From a virus (taxonomy: Duplodnaviria; Caudoviricetes): a stretch of 64,000 nt of DNA. The DNA lies in the IMG/VR virus record IMGVR_UViG_3300015207_000465, positions 39,410 through 103,409 of that record; one strand, 5' to 3'. Below, piece after piece: positions 27,108-37,607 of this stretch (position 1 is its first letter; each line of letters starts with the position of its first letter). The position numbers were made by a program, and so were the translations under genes. The notes under the pieces were generated by a model, which worked only from the letters and a program-made list of their open reading frames with translations, made no database searches and was not told where the DNA came from.

Positions 27108-27804
27108 GCCAAAAATGACACCAAAACAGACAATCGCATTATCGCCCATTCAGCAGATTAAACTGGAACTCTACCGCGAGTTTGGCGACAAGGCTCAAGA
27201 GGCCTTTGATTTCATCGTAGGCGATGAAACTATCACTGCCGTAGCGACCACAAACCCCGCCACGGAAGAAGACGGCGTTTACATCATCTACGAAGATGGT
27301 ACGCACGAAGCCTTTAATGGTGAAAACCGCAAGAATGGTGTAAAGTACGTCGGTGTAATTAATGGAAAGCGTCGCATCGCGGTCGCCTTGCACAATATCG
27401 GTGGCGAAGCTGCCGAATACCAATTCTTGAAAGATGGCGCAAAGTCACCGGAACACTCGGTATATTATACCCGTCAGCAAGGTATTAATGCTTTTGAAGA
27501 CTTCACTGGGGCGAATAATACGGCGCACATCATAAAGGACTACGACTCGGAAATCCCATTTGACAAGTTTGAAGATGGCGAATACATCGCATCTATGGGC
27601 GAATGGGGTGTGCTGATGTCTTACGCATCGCTCATCAATGAAGCCCTTAAATATGTCGGCGGAACTCCTATTAAGGGATGGCTTTGGTCATCCACCGAGA
27701 ACAGTCAGAACGGCGCATGGTACGTCAACTTCACAGATGGCTACACCAACTACTACTACGGCAAGTACCACGGTAACTCGGTGAGGGCGGTCGCCGCATT
27801 TTAA
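27082..27804 (+). CDS. DGR target protein 2 (C-type-lectin-fold / DUF1566-like C-terminus)
   Basis: Ends WSSTE...AW.V.F..G......K.....VRAVAAF; 3' end is a TR-derived variable repeat. Confidence 0.88.
   Translation: MQKSKNLDKPKMTPKQTIALSPIQQIKLELYREFGDKAQEAFDFIVGDETITAVATTNPATEEDGVYIIYEDGTHEAFNGENRKNGVKYVGVINGKRRIAVALHNIGGEAAEYQFLKDGAKSPEHSVYYTRQQGINAFEDFTGANNTAHIIKDYDSEIPFDKFEDGEYIASMGEWGVLMSYASLINEALKYVGGTPIKGWLWSSTENSQNGAWYVNFTDGYTNYYYGKYHGNSVRAVAAF
27685..27801 (+). repeat. DGR variable repeat VR2
   Basis: Matches TR (56811-56924) except at TR adenines, plus one extra codon. Confidence 0.93.
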
Positions 27805-27812
27805 GATTGTAC

Positions 27813-27838
27813 GCGGTCGGTCGTATTCGACTGACCGC
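27813..27838 (+). other. DGR target-recognition hairpin after VR2
   Basis: GCGGTCGGTCG-TATT-CGACTGACCGC, same offset from the stop as the VR1 hairpin. Confidence 0.8.
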
Positions 27839-27863
27839 TTAACGGAAAACCAATGTATAAGAA

Positions 27864-29280
27864 ATGACACCCATTCAGCAATTCACATACGATGTCGTAA
27901 AGGAACTGCAAGCCAAATGCGAAGCCGAGCATCGCGCACCGGTCTGCGTATCCATGCACGAAATCACACACGCTATCAATGAGCAAGTCAAGACTGCGCT
28001 CAACGGATTTATCACCGATGGCACTATGTCGTGGTCAAAGAATGTCAACGGAATACCATTGTTCAAAATCCAAAAACCGATAGACTGACATGGCTTTTCT
28101 TGGCAAGTGTGCAATCCACAAAAGCAACCCCCGGATATGGCGCAGGCTGATGAATTTTGGTCTGCATCCCAACCCTTGCAGTCCGACGATGATTGCTCGG
28201 AACAAAGGCAATCAAGTCTGCATGGTCGTTGATGGCGGCACGTTCTACAATACAACGGAAGACAACATCGACGAGCAAATCTATGACTGCAAGGACAACG
28301 AGGGGCTTTTCTTCGCACTTGCCGCCCTACGCGACGATAGCGACCTCCATCAATGGTTTGTCTACGACAATCGCACATGGAACGATGAAAAGCCAACGCG
28401 CTTTTGGTTTATCTGCAAGCAAGATAAGGTTGAAGATGATATGTGCCATGACCAGATGTTTACAGACTGCGAGAAAGCCACCAAGGAGGAACTTATCGCC
28501 CACTTTACCGGCTGGGATGATGACGATGTAGCAATAAACCAATAAACAATGGAACACAAGCCAATCATAGACAAATTCGCCAAAGCCTATGCTGACGGAA
28601 TCCCGCAGTTTGAACACAACAAACTGTATAGCATCGATGACTTCATCGCCGGCATGGGGTTCTGGGCAGAAATCAAACGTGACGAAGATGGATTTGCCAC
28701 GGAAGACTGCCTTGATGAAATGTTTGACAATATGCCTTTCGTAATCTACGACAGCGAAGACAACGATATTGAAGCCGTATGTCAGGATGATTGGCGTGGC
28801 GACATTGAGAAGCATAGTTTTTACACCCATTGGAAACCAATAATCACACCACACAAAGATGAAGACTAAATTATCATTTATCACCGCAGTATTGGCGTTA
28901 TGCCTCGCGTCGTGCGAGCCGGCAACACATGAAGACTGGCAGAAATATCACGACAAGGAATGTGCGACCCGTATAACAAAATTCAACTACGAGGGTCATT
29001 CATATCTGCTTTATCGTCACAACAAAAGTGAAAGTATAGCCCACGATGCGAATTGTCAGTGTTACAACATCCCGGATTCCGATTACTGATTATGACTGAA
29101 ATGAAAAAGAAAACAATACTCAAAATCTTGGCAGTCATCGCCCTGCTGTTTGTAGGCAACCGATTCTTCAACCACGTTACCGCGTGGGGTGGAATAGCAA
29201 TCATGCTGTTTGCTGTCGCCCTTGCGGTCTACTTCATAGTTAAACCAACCAACATCAACAAAGACAATGAAAAAGATTAG
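27864..29280 (+). CDS. Cluster of small hypothetical genes (27864-28088, 28090-28545, 28549-28869, 28859-29089 lipoprotein-like, ~29092-29280 membrane)
   Basis: Contiguous co-oriented ATG ORFs. Confidence 0.6.
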
Positions 29281-30073
29281 ACTTATACTGATGGCTCTTG
29301 TAGCCGTCGTTGCGTTCTCGTCTTGTGAACGTGTCGCGCCCAACTACGCCGGTGTCCTTATGGAAAACTACGGCAAGGAAGGCAAATCCGACTTCAAGGT
29401 AGTATCCGGTAAGGTATCCACATGGGAGTGGGGTACGGAACTCTTTCAGGTGCCGCTCTTCGACCAACGCGGCGAATTTGCCGAAGCGGTTACACTCAAG
29501 GCGGCTGACAACACGGAATTTAAGGCTCGCCCTACATATTCCTACAAGGTCATCAAGGAACGCGCCATCGACGTGGTATTCGACAACAAGCACATCGACA
29601 AAGCCGAAACGGAAAGCGGCAAAGATGGCTTTATGCAGTCGTTGGAAGACAATATCCTTGAACCCCGTATCTACGACCTTATCAAAGAAGAAAGCCGAAA
29701 ACACAAGACTGATAGCCTTATGGCCGATGGTGGCTCGCTCCTATTTGAGAAACGACTTGAGCAGGTCATCGAACAGGAATTTGAACGACGCGGATTAAAG
29801 CTACTTACATTCTCCGCCCAGCTTGAATTTTCTAACAAGGTACGCGAAAAGATTGACAGTCGCAATGAGGTTAACACCAATATCTCGGTGCTTGACCAGC
29901 AGATTGCGGAACAGCGTAAGCGCAATGAGCTTGAACAGCTCAAAACCGAGCAGATGCTTATCAAGTCACGCGGTCTTACAAAGGAAATCTTACAGCAGCA
30001 GTTTATCGACAAGTGGGATGGAAAAGCCCCAATCTATTCATCCCCGATTGACTTCGTAAAGGTAACTAAATAA
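29267..30073 (+). CDS. SPFH/band-7 domain lipoprotein
   Basis: Lipobox FSSC, ERV.P.YAGV, C-terminal coiled coil and I.KWDG..P. Confidence 0.8.
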   Translation: MKKIRLILMALVAVVAFSSCERVAPNYAGVLMENYGKEGKSDFKVVSGKVSTWEWGTELFQVPLFDQRGEFAEAVTLKAADNTEFKARPTYSYKVIKERAIDVVFDNKHIDKAETESGKDGFMQSLEDNILEPRIYDLIKEESRKHKTDSLMADGGSLLFEKRLEQVIEQEFERRGLKLLTFSAQLEFSNKVREKIDSRNEVNTNISVLDQQIAEQRKRNELEQLKTEQMLIKSRGLTKEILQQQFIDKWDGKAPIYSSPIDFVKVTK

Positions 30074-30206
30074 TAACCCGGTGGCGGGTGCTTAACGTGG
30101 TCGCCCGCCGCCATTTTCAACTACACAGATATGGACTTATGTTTAGAGGAATATAAACGCAATAGGAATGGCATGACTATGGGCGATTTAATCTAAAGGT
30201 CGGCGC

Positions 30207-31230
30207 ATGACCGAAAGCGAAACCCGAATGGTAGTCAATTACGGAATTGAACAAGGATATGAATTGATGTCTGAAATCCCGGATGAGATTACCGACAAAA
30301 TCTGCGACCCTTTCTGCAAGGAGTTTGACAAGTATGATGACACACCTGAATTTTATTCGCTTGACTACATCAGAAAGACACTCCGCAAAGTCCAGAACTG
30401 CTATCATGTGGATTGGGATGCTGATGGTATTATGGATACATTGGAAGAAGAATTATGAAAGACAAGCTGACCATCGAGCAGTCTTACGAATTGGTACGAT
30501 TAGGCGTACCATCGGAAAAGGCAAGCGAAGTCTACGTCATAGAGGGCTTCTTCGGAATATCCTATCGCCCATGCTTCACATTGGCGGATACCCTTGAGTT
30601 ATTGCCCGCCACCGCAAGCGATGGCATTTCTGCGTGGCCGCTTCTGATAAAGCGACATGGGAAACAATGGAGTGCTGGCTATGGTCAGATAATCCTATTT
30701 ATTGAAGATGAGCTTATTGATGCCGCGTATGGTCTGAATAAGTGGATGTTAACTGAATACAATAAACCAAAAGTAAAATCAACAGCACAATGAAAAGAAA
30801 AATCATGGTAGAGCAAGTATTTGACCTTGCGATTGCGGATTGCCATATCTATCCGCGTAGATGGGAAACATCCCAAGTCAACGGCGTTGAAGATAATGAC
30901 AGCGACCCTAAAATGCCGTGTATTGAAGAAGATAAGCAATGCAGACTGCATTGGAATCCTATCATCAATCTTGATAATGGTCAGATTGTGAATTGGCAGA
31001 AAGGCACAACCGCAAGCGTTCACTATAAATCTGTTGATAATAATCAAATTGACATCAAAGACCGCAACACTAACACTATCAAGGAATACGAGGGATATGT
31101 TCCCAGCTTTCTTTGTCCGGAAGAAGATGGATGGGGAGATTATGTCATCATGGAAATAGACGAAAACGGCTTTATTCAGGACTTTGACAACAATCTTGAT
31201 GATATTTTTCAAGATGGCGATGACGACTGA
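30207..31230 (+). CDS. Hypothetical genes (30207-30458, 30455-30793, 30790-31230)
   Basis: ATGA-coupled ORFs. Confidence 0.6.
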
Positions 31231-31400
31231 ATATCTGCATAACGATAAAACGAGTGTAAAGCCATGACGGAAGAGCAGATGCACGTTGTCGTGACCAGTA
31301 TCAGCAACATTATGACAAGCAACAACGCAAACCTTGGCGAGGTATTGGAATTGCTTCGTAAGTGCGATATAGAAGTTGAACAAATAGAAATCCAATCGCT

Positions 31401-31760
31401 ATGATTATTCAACGGCAACAGCGGCACGATAAAATCCGATATATTCTTATCGACGAGTACGCATCCGTTCACTTGGAACTATTCGACACCGCGCAGGATT
31501 TTGGCGGTACGGCATTTATCTGGGCGTTATGGACTAACCCCGATTACCGGCGACAAGGACATGCAAAGAGGTTTCTTGAGCAAGCGGAACAAATCGCAAA
31601 AGAACATGGTCATGCTGCCGTGTATTTGGAATGGTTTGAATGTGATACGCCCACCGAAATCCTCAAATGGTATTATCGCAGTGGATACAACGATGTAGAA
31701 TTTGGCGGGAAAGGCGATTATGTATTACTCAAAAAGATTCTAAATGAGCATGGAAGATAA
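31401..31760 (+). CDS. GNAT-family acetyltransferase
   Basis: LWTNPDYRRQGHAKRFL acetyl-CoA-binding motif; WY.RSGY. Confidence 0.85.
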   Translation: MIIQRQQRHDKIRYILIDEYASVHLELFDTAQDFGGTAFIWALWTNPDYRRQGHAKRFLEQAEQIAKEHGHAAVYLEWFECDTPTEILKWYYRSGYNDVEFGGKGDYVLLKKILNEHGR

Positions 31761-32851
31761 ACGTGGCAGGATTAGGGCATCCGCTTCAAACTATCAAGTA
31801 AGGGTCAACGGAATAAACATCATGCACGCCATCATTGAAGATGAAAGAAATAGAGAGCGCATTGCTGCAATAGATAGGCTTATAACTGCTGACCATCCAT
31901 TCAATAAGGCTATTGAAATTCGCCTTGCAGAAACTCCGAAAGTTGAGCGACGGATTGACCCTACTTGTGACCACTGTTGTCATTTCCAAGCCCACCCATC
32001 TCGGTGTCAGCTTTTCAAACGGAAAGTCAATCAGCATCAATATTCATGTAAAAAATACTCTCCAAGATACCACAACAGATAGGAACAATTAAATAAGCTA
32101 AATATAAGAATAATATGGATGTCAAAGTAGCAGAAAAGGCAAGCAAGCTCCTCAATACACTTAATGGATTGAACGAAATCAAGAAAGCAACGGAAAATGA
32201 AAGCTCGCATTGGTGGGCGTTTCGCGCCCCACATTTGAAATACCGAAATGATGGCGACGGGATATACATGCCCGACATTCTGCGCGACGAATTTGTGGAA
32301 GCCGTCGATAGGGCAATCGCGAAGACCAAAGAAAAGATTGAGAAGTTATGAGGGATATGCGTTTTGCAGTCGCCACCGCCGACCGACAGGAACTGCCAAT
32401 GCGCGTGCGTCTTCTGGAGGCGACCATTGAGCTTAAATCCGCACTACAACGATACGCCACACTGATTGACCAAATAGAGGGAAGAAAAGGTGGCACAACG
32501 ATAAGGATGATTAACCGCGTGCTTCAAGATTGCGTCGGTCTACCCATCCACAATGTAGTGTTTGATGAATTTGACGACTCTGTTTATGCGGAACAAACGA
32601 AACGTCTGCACGAAGCATTAGAGCAACTGGCAATCGCTACCGGTCAAGTTGTTCAAATAAGCATCGACGACTACATCATTGATGTAAAATCGCAGATGGA
32701 AGCCATCGGTAAGCAACTCGGACAAAAATGCAAACGGAAAGCAGGACAAAAACAAACATATCCAAAGGTTAAGACCAAATGCAACCCCATCCCCGGCTAT
32801 ACAAGAAAGACGGTATGGAACAGAACACGGTCTAACCCCAAATTAAGATAA
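31744..32851 (+). CDS. Hypothetical genes (31744-32082, 32115-32351, 32348-32851)
   Basis: Co-oriented ORFs. Confidence 0.55.
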
Positions 32852-32855
32852 AGAT

Positions 32856-34103
32856 ATGTTGGAACTACGAGAATACCAAGACGAAATATCATCAAAGGCG
32901 GCGCAGTTGCTTGAGCAGTACAAGATGTGCTACCTCGCAATGGAATGTCGCACCGGCAAGACGCTGACCGCACTGGCTACGGCGTTGAAATATGGCGCAA
33001 AGTCAGTCCTTGTAATTTCCAAGGTCAAGGCATTGCCAAGCATCCGCGCAGACTACGATTTAATGCGCCCTACGTTCACGATGGATGCGGTCAACTATGA
33101 ATCCGCACACAAGTATGCCGGGAACAAATATGACCTTGTAATCCTTGATGAAGCCCACAATCTCGGCGCATTTCCCAAGCCAAGCCAACGCACGAAGACT
33201 GTTAAGGCACTCTGCAAGGGCCTGCCCATAATCTACATGTCGGGTACGCCATCGCCGGAATCATTCTCGCAGTTATATCATCAGTTCTGGGTAAGCTCAT
33301 TCTCGCCGTTCAAACTGTTCACTAATTTCTATAAGTGGGCAAAGGTCTATGTGGAAACAACGCAGAAGATGGTAGGCGGTCACACTATCAACGATTATAG
33401 CAACGCCCGCAAGGATAAGATTGATGCGGTTGTAAAGAAACTGTTCATCGACTATTCGCAGGAAGAAGCCGGGTTTGACGCGAAGATAGTGGAGCATACG
33501 TTGGTCGTATCTATGTCGGAATGGACGGCAAGCGCAATCAATAGACTCAAGCGCGACCGCGTTCTCGTTTGGGATGATGTCAATATTCTTGGCGACACCC
33601 CCGTGAAGCTGATGACAAAACTACACCAGCTTTCATCCGGCAGCGTTATCGACGAAAGCGGAACACATATCATTACTGACTATTCAAAGGCGAAATACAT
33701 CCGCGACTACTTCGCCGGTAAGAAAATTGCCATCTTCTATGTCTATCAGACCGAAGCAGAATTGCTGAAAAAAGCATTTCCTAATTGGACTGACACTGCG
33801 GAAGTATTTCAGCAGAGCGATGACCTCGGCATGGTCTTTCTGGGACAAGTCCGCAGCGCAAGAGAGGGTGTTCGCCTTGACACCGCCGATGCGCTTATCT
33901 TCTTCAATCTTGAATATTCCTATCTATCGTATGAACAGGGCAAGAACCGACTTTCATCCAAAGAGCGCATTGACCCGGCACAGGTCTATTTCGTATGTTC
34001 GGACTGCGGAATAGAGCAGGATATTCTTGAGGCCGTTCATGGCAAGTCAGACTACACGTATTCATTTTATAAAGCAAAACAACATGGAATCCCCTCTTTC
34101 TAA
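32856..34103 (+). CDS. SF2 (SNF2-like) helicase
   Basis: LREYQ, RTGKT, ILDEAH, SGTP, REGVRL, Q...R motifs. Confidence 0.9.
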   Translation: MLELREYQDEISSKAAQLLEQYKMCYLAMECRTGKTLTALATALKYGAKSVLVISKVKALPSIRADYDLMRPTFTMDAVNYESAHKYAGNKYDLVILDEAHNLGAFPKPSQRTKTVKALCKGLPIIYMSGTPSPESFSQLYHQFWVSSFSPFKLFTNFYKWAKVYVETTQKMVGGHTINDYSNARKDKIDAVVKKLFIDYSQEEAGFDAKIVEHTLVVSMSEWTASAINRLKRDRVLVWDDVNILGDTPVKLMTKLHQLSSGSVIDESGTHIITDYSKAKYIRDYFAGKKIAIFYVYQTEAELLKKAFPNWTDTAEVFQQSDDLGMVFLGQVRSAREGVRLDTADALIFFNLEYSYLSYEQGKNRLSSKERIDPAQVYFVCSDCGIEQDILEAVHGKSDYTYSFYKAKQHGIPSF

Positions 34104-34371
34104 CACCAAAGAATACCGCGAACAGATGGGGCGCGTATTCCGATGCTTCTACGAGCATCCAAAGACGATGCTGGACGTGTCGATTGAAACCGGCATACTA
34201 CGCGCTAACATCTGCCGCTATGTGTCGCACATGGAGGATGACGGAAGAATCCAAATCCACCACAAGGGCATCGACAAGACAACCAAATGCCGGGCGGCTT
34301 ACTATACGACAAATCCGGAACTGTTCAATCAGCCGCCTGTTCAGCAGATGGCATTGGATTTTGGCATGTAA
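34084..34371 (+). CDS. Hypothetical wHTH-like protein
   Basis: KTML.VS.ETGI.RANICRYV. Confidence 0.6.
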   Translation: MESPLSNTKEYREQMGRVFRCFYEHPKTMLDVSIETGILRANICRYVSHMEDDGRIQIHHKGIDKTTKCRAAYYTTNPELFNQPPVQQMALDFGM

Positions 34372-34376
34372 TCATC

Positions 34377-34637
34377 ATGTTTCAGAAGAAGAAAACAGAC
34401 CCGCTGGAAAGCGCGATACAGCGCAAAATTATAAAGCGTTATGAAGACGATGGCTATCTTGTAGTCAAGATTGGACTATGCAACAAAGGAGGCTTCCCGG
34501 ACTTGATGTTACTCAAGGATGGAAAGGCTTCATTCGTTGAAGTCAAACGACCCGGACGAAAGCCACGACCGCTACAAGAATACAGGCTCAAGGAGCTGCG
34601 CGATGCCGGCTTCGACGCTTTTGTACTGACGGAATAG
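34377..34637 (+). CDS. VRR-NUC nuclease
   Basis: G.PDL......FVEVK.PG.KPRPLQ. Confidence 0.88.
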   Translation: MFQKKKTDPLESAIQRKIIKRYEDDGYLVVKIGLCNKGGFPDLMLLKDGKASFVEVKRPGRKPRPLQEYRLKELRDAGFDAFVLTE

Positions 34638-34765
34638 ACATACTCTTTTCATAAATTGATGGATGGCTGTCATCGTGAGATGGTGGCCTATCCGTTTACA
34701 AAAGAAATGCGCCACGGTGGAATAGACCACTATGGCGCAATCTTTATCGCTATTGGTAGCGATTA

Positions 34766-35032
34766 TTATCTACAAGATATGAAATCGTCAGGCGCGATAA
34801 ATCCTTTTGCTTCCATGATATTTATGGCTTCTTCGGCATCCATTTCGTGTATTTCATCAACGTCGCTATAACTGAGTGCTATGCAATATTCATTGACAAA
34901 ACCAATAGAGGGTTCAATTTCGCCAAACCCCTTAAAGACAATAAATTTGCCAAATTCTTGTAACGCAGAGTCGGCTACCACTATGGCTTTTATTGCTTTA
35001 TCGTAAGCCTTACGCATTTCCTTGTTTTTCAT
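34766..35032 (-). CDS. Hypothetical protein
   Basis: ATG ORF in the minus-strand operon. Confidence 0.55.
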   Translation of the reverse strand: MKNKEMRKAYDKAIKAIVVADSALQEFGKFIVFKGFGEIEPSIGFVNEYCIALSYSDVDEIHEMDAEEAINIMEAKGFIAPDDFISCR

Positions 35033-35038
35033 AACCTA

Positions 35039-35791
35039 TTATTCTATTCTGATATAGACGCGATACCAGCTATATTCACGGTCAAAAGCATCCGTGAATG
35101 TAATCGGGACTTCCGAGCCGGCTTCACATACCGGCTCGATGGTGTATTGGGCGACATTGGCTTCAAGGGATTCATCGCCGCACACAAACGTTGCCGTTTC
35201 CGTCTTCTTTGGTTTGTATGCCTTCGTAGCGAAAAGCGCAAGATTATCATTGGTCAGATTAAAGAAAACCGAGTCGGCTTCGCCATCCTGCAACTGATTG
35301 AAGAAATCGCTGCATAAGGGGATTGTCATGTGTGTTCCGTCACGTGTGATAGGCGGCACGTCCACACATTCAGGCAGATTGTCTTCCGTAATGTCCGGCA
35401 AGTCAAAGATGCCCAGTTTGCCCTTGACGTTAAGAATAGGCTTTTTGAATAGCATTACATCGCGCATGACCCATTTGTATTCCGCTCCGTGACCCTCCTG
35501 CGCCCAAATTGAAAAATTCTCTTCTTCGCACCGGTCTATTGTCGCCACGCCTACGATGGCAGATGTCGGCATTTCCGCGATTGTGGGGATTATACCCATT
35601 GTCTGCGCGTTTTCTATCGGATTAGCCCATACCAGCGGCATGGTTTCTTCGTCGATGTTAGGCTTCCGTGCGCCGACATGAATAAGAACACGCATAGGTG
35701 TTGACTTCAACGCCCATTTGCGGTTTTCCACATCCTTGAGTCCGCTGCATATCAGCGTACCCCACGGCTGTTGAATTGAAAAGGCTTTCAT
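35039..35791 (-). CDS. ASCH-domain protein
   Basis: MKAFSIQQPW..LI..G.KDVENR.W, LIH, AIVG, P...VKGKLGIF. Confidence 0.88.
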   Translation of the reverse strand: MKAFSIQQPWGTLICSGLKDVENRKWALKSTPMRVLIHVGARKPNIDEETMPLVWANPIENAQTMGIIPTIAEMPTSAIVGVATIDRCEEENFSIWAQEGHGAEYKWVMRDVMLFKKPILNVKGKLGIFDLPDITEDNLPECVDVPPITRDGTHMTIPLCSDFFNQLQDGEADSVFFNLTNDNLALFATKAYKPKKTETATFVCGDESLEANVAQYTIEPVCEAGSEVPITFTDAFDREYSWYRVYIRIE

Positions 35792-36576
35792 TGTTCCGTA
35801 TCTATTATTTTTATTATTGATTTGAGTTCATCTATTGTCTTCGCTTTGTATTTCGTGCCTTTATACAAAATAACCGCCCGGAGTTGACTCTTAGGTGTAC
35901 TTAATGGCGATATTTCTTGCTTGTGTGATAGCATCCAATTCAAACGGCTTATTGTCCTTTCTTTTAACAATGAGCCGTATTCATCAAGAAGAGCAATCAG
36001 TGTATCTCGTCTATTTTTAGACATGCCTATCACCTTCCCATTTTGAAACCCAAGACCATGAAGACAAGAATTTATTGCGCGAGGCAAGATGCAACATGTT
36101 TCCGGCGAATAAATCTTGCGATTATTACCGAATAAGTCTTTATCCACGCAAACATCAAAAGGAGATATGAATAATGAATCCATTAACAATCTCTTTTCCT
36201 CATTATACCATCTTTCAAAATTGTTAAAACAGTGCCATTCCGCACATACCGTAGCATCATTATAACATCGGGGTCTGCCCGGGCTATAACATCTTCCAAG
36301 TATTCCGCGCCATTGCTTAAACGCAGGGGTATCTTTGTTTACTGGATAAGAGATGGTTCCAATAGCATATCCAACTCCGCAGAATTGTTCTATTGCATAG
36401 TCTTTTATGTGTGCATTTTTGCCGATTGCCTTGCAAGAATATTTTTGAACGTTTCCACTTTCCTTAAAGCGCACAAGACATTCCCCGTTGCCGATAATTT
36501 TCACAACCTCGTATGATAATCCATAAAAAGATGTGTATTCGTCACCAACGCAAACTGGGTCATTGTGAGCTTTCAT
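35788..36576 (-). CDS. Phage HNH-like (homing-type) endonuclease homolog
   Basis: W..IL.RCY, Y..ATVC.EW..F.NF..W, DKD, IYSPETCC..P..IN. Confidence 0.65.
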   Translation of the reverse strand: MKAHNDPVCVGDEYTSFYGLSYEVVKIIGNGECLVRFKESGNVQKYSCKAIGKNAHIKDYAIEQFCGVGYAIGTISYPVNKDTPAFKQWRGILGRCYSPGRPRCYNDATVCAEWHCFNNFERWYNEEKRLLMDSLFISPFDVCVDKDLFGNNRKIYSPETCCILPRAINSCLHGLGFQNGKVIGMSKNRRDTLIALLDEYGSLLKERTISRLNWMLSHKQEISPLSTPKSQLRAVILYKGTKYKAKTIDELKSIIKIIDTEQ

Positions 36577-36588
36577 TACTTATTGATT

Positions 36589-37008
36589 TTAATGGTCTAA
36601 ATCCTTACATTCATGCAAAAGTGCGCACAGAGAATCCATCAGCTTTTGAATAACCTCATCATCTGCGTATAGCTCCCTCATGTGTTCAAAATCATGGGTA
36701 TGACACAACTTGTGAAACTCTTCCTCACGCCAGTCTTTTAGAATTGCCATAATTTCTGCTATCGTAGTTGGGGTGTGGCTTCTTCCGCGATAGTGCAAAA
36801 AAGCAACCATTTTATTGGCATTGATTTCGTCGGTGAATAATTCCGCAACAGACACATCAAGCGCATCAGCGATTTTCATCAATGATTGCAGGCTGGGGTT
36901 TCCTTTGCCGTTTGCTATGTTAGAGAGCATCGCCTCCGTCACACCGGCGGTGGCTGCGACGTCCTTTGCGGTTAGTCCTCTACTTTTTAGAATATCCTTA
37001 ATTCTCAT
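36589..37008 (-). CDS. XRE HTH regulator
   Basis: RIKDILK.RGLT..DVA...GVT...LS.I..GK.NPS...L.KIA.AL.V. Confidence 0.9.
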   Translation of the reverse strand: MRIKDILKSRGLTAKDVAATAGVTEAMLSNIANGKGNPSLQSLMKIADALDVSVAELFTDEINANKMVAFLHYRGRSHTPTTIAEIMAILKDWREEEFHKLCHTHDFEHMRELYADDEVIQKLMDSLCALLHECKDLDH

Positions 37009-37199
37009 AAAAGATAATTTGTTTGGGTACGCAAAATTACGATAAAAAATAATACTATCAAAGAAAATTAGCCCATAAAGTAAGATTTAACATACTTTAA
37101 CTGTTAGCCTATTGCACGACATTATTTTATAATGTAATTTTGCGGTGTGAAATTATCACAAACAATAATTCAACGTAATCAACCCCTAAAGGCAAAGAT

Positions 37200-37532
37200 A
37201 TGAAGACTACAAGAAACAACCTGAAAGACATCATGCTTCTGGCGTGGTCATTTGTACGTCGCAACGGCTTCACTATGGCAGAGGCTATGAAAACCGCATG
37301 GCGCAACTACAAGCTGAAAAACGCTATGCACGGCGGCATCGTGAAATTCTACTTTCTGAAAGTGGATAGTACGCTGCGCGAGGCTTACGGCACATTAAAG
37401 GAGAATCTCCTGCCGGCTACACAAGGCACTGGCAGACGTGCCAACGACACAGTTCAAACATACTTCGACACCGAGAAAGGGGAATGGAGATGCTTTAAGA
37501 AAGCAAACCTCGTGCGCATCGCTAACGCATAA
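37200..37532 (+). CDS. SH3/WYL_2-like (DUF2693) protein, paralog 2
   Basis: Clearly similar to 12384-12713 (AW.FV.RNG.TMAEA.K.AW; YFDTEK.EWR.FKK.NL). Confidence 0.8.
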   Translation: MKTTRNNLKDIMLLAWSFVRRNGFTMAEAMKTAWRNYKLKNAMHGGIVKFYFLKVDSTLREAYGTLKENLLPATQGTGRRANDTVQTYFDTEKGEWRCFKKANLVRIANA

Positions 37533-37607
37533 CACATCAAGCCGGGAATGCTGTCAGCCACGGCATCCCCGGCACCAAAAAACGTAATCAATAACACCAA
37601 TAAGACA

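Noticed and set aside
30131-30210. Short ORF MDLCLEEY... possibly a frameshifted 5' part of 30207-30458
   Set aside because: Cannot be supported without homologs.
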